64,000 bases of DNA from Harriotta raleighana (Eukaryota): the NCBI GenBank assembly GCA_050575255.1, contig JBNZDD010013730.1, positions 5,696,015 to 5,760,014 of the forward strand. Reading direction: 5' to 3'. The number at the start of each line of letters is the position of its first letter. Position 1 is the first letter of the stretch. This document shows positions 63,313 through 64,000 of the stretch, piece after piece. Below the pieces are notes generated by a model that did not search any database, had not been told where the DNA came from, and saw only the letters and a program-made list of their open reading frames with translations. Both the position numbers and the translations under genes were made by a program.

Positions 63313-64000
63313 ACAAAGCTGACCATATCTTGCAAATGTTTATCCTTTCTTTTTTTTAAAAAAAAACTAGTGTAACATGTAAGGCCCAGGGATCAATTTC
63401 AGCTATTAAAGGTCATGAAGAATGGCCCATTAATATCTTTGCCCTCTGACAAATGACTACACTTGTGTTCAGTTACAGAATATATTAAATGGACAGAGAT
63501 GCAATATTATTATCACCTTGTTGACTACTTGTATAAATTGATTAATCAGGCTATGCCCTGCAGATTAACATATTATTCTGACTGATTGCAGATGAAGAGT
63601 TTGTAGAACAGAGCTAAAATGCACAGCTCTTTAATAGTAACAATATTAACATTAGGTCAGGGCCTATTGAAAATACACTACCCAATACACTTCTCATACA
63701 ATCTTTTCAATCAAGGAGACAGGACCCAAACTGCAGAATGAGAAATGCTTATTAGTATTAGAATATGTTGCAAATCTTTTTAAATCATTGCAATAACCAT
63801 CCTGAAATGGACAAAGCTCAATTGACTTCACCCGTCTGAAGACTACAATGACATCTGTGTACTGGAGCTCGAGATGTGAGCAACTTTGATTAAAACAAAA
63901 CATCCTCTGCCGTAGGATATATTACTGGAGTAGGTCAGGGAACTCATTCAAGGAAAAGCATAAATGGGATCAGACTTTATTTTAAAAGTAAATTTACCGG

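Noticed and set aside
1-64000. Prokaryotic-type systems (operons, CRISPR, defence islands)
   Set aside because: The sequence is vertebrate-like non-coding DNA with no long ORFs or repeat-spacer arrays.

Overview
Eukaryotic, AT-rich, repeat-strewn genomic DNA. No protein-coding gene can be recognised with confidence. The repeat content points to a cartilaginous fish (shark/chimaera-type genome; inference from remembered repeat consensus shapes): LINE-2 3' ends with (TTG)n/(CAA)n tails, CR1 tails with ATTCTATG-type repeats, DeuSINE-like and AmnSINE2-like tRNA-derived SINEs, and Penelope-type inverted termini. The only ORF-track peptides I can assign are decayed L2/CR1 ORF2 fragments. The window reads as a large intron or intergenic region containing: dozens of old retroelement fragments; two TA-flanked Tigger/pogo-type MITEs; a Penelope-type fold-back element whose loop carries a mutated minimal hammerhead-ribozyme core; two near-perfect 55-60 nt hairpins; several repeat-free enhancer-like blocks; and a speculative set of short minus-strand exons that could be the alternative 5' ends of one large gene. 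Five duplications joined at a single N are assembly artefacts. Repeat boundaries are approximate (+/-20-50 bp), and family names are from memory and need a Dfam/Repbase search.
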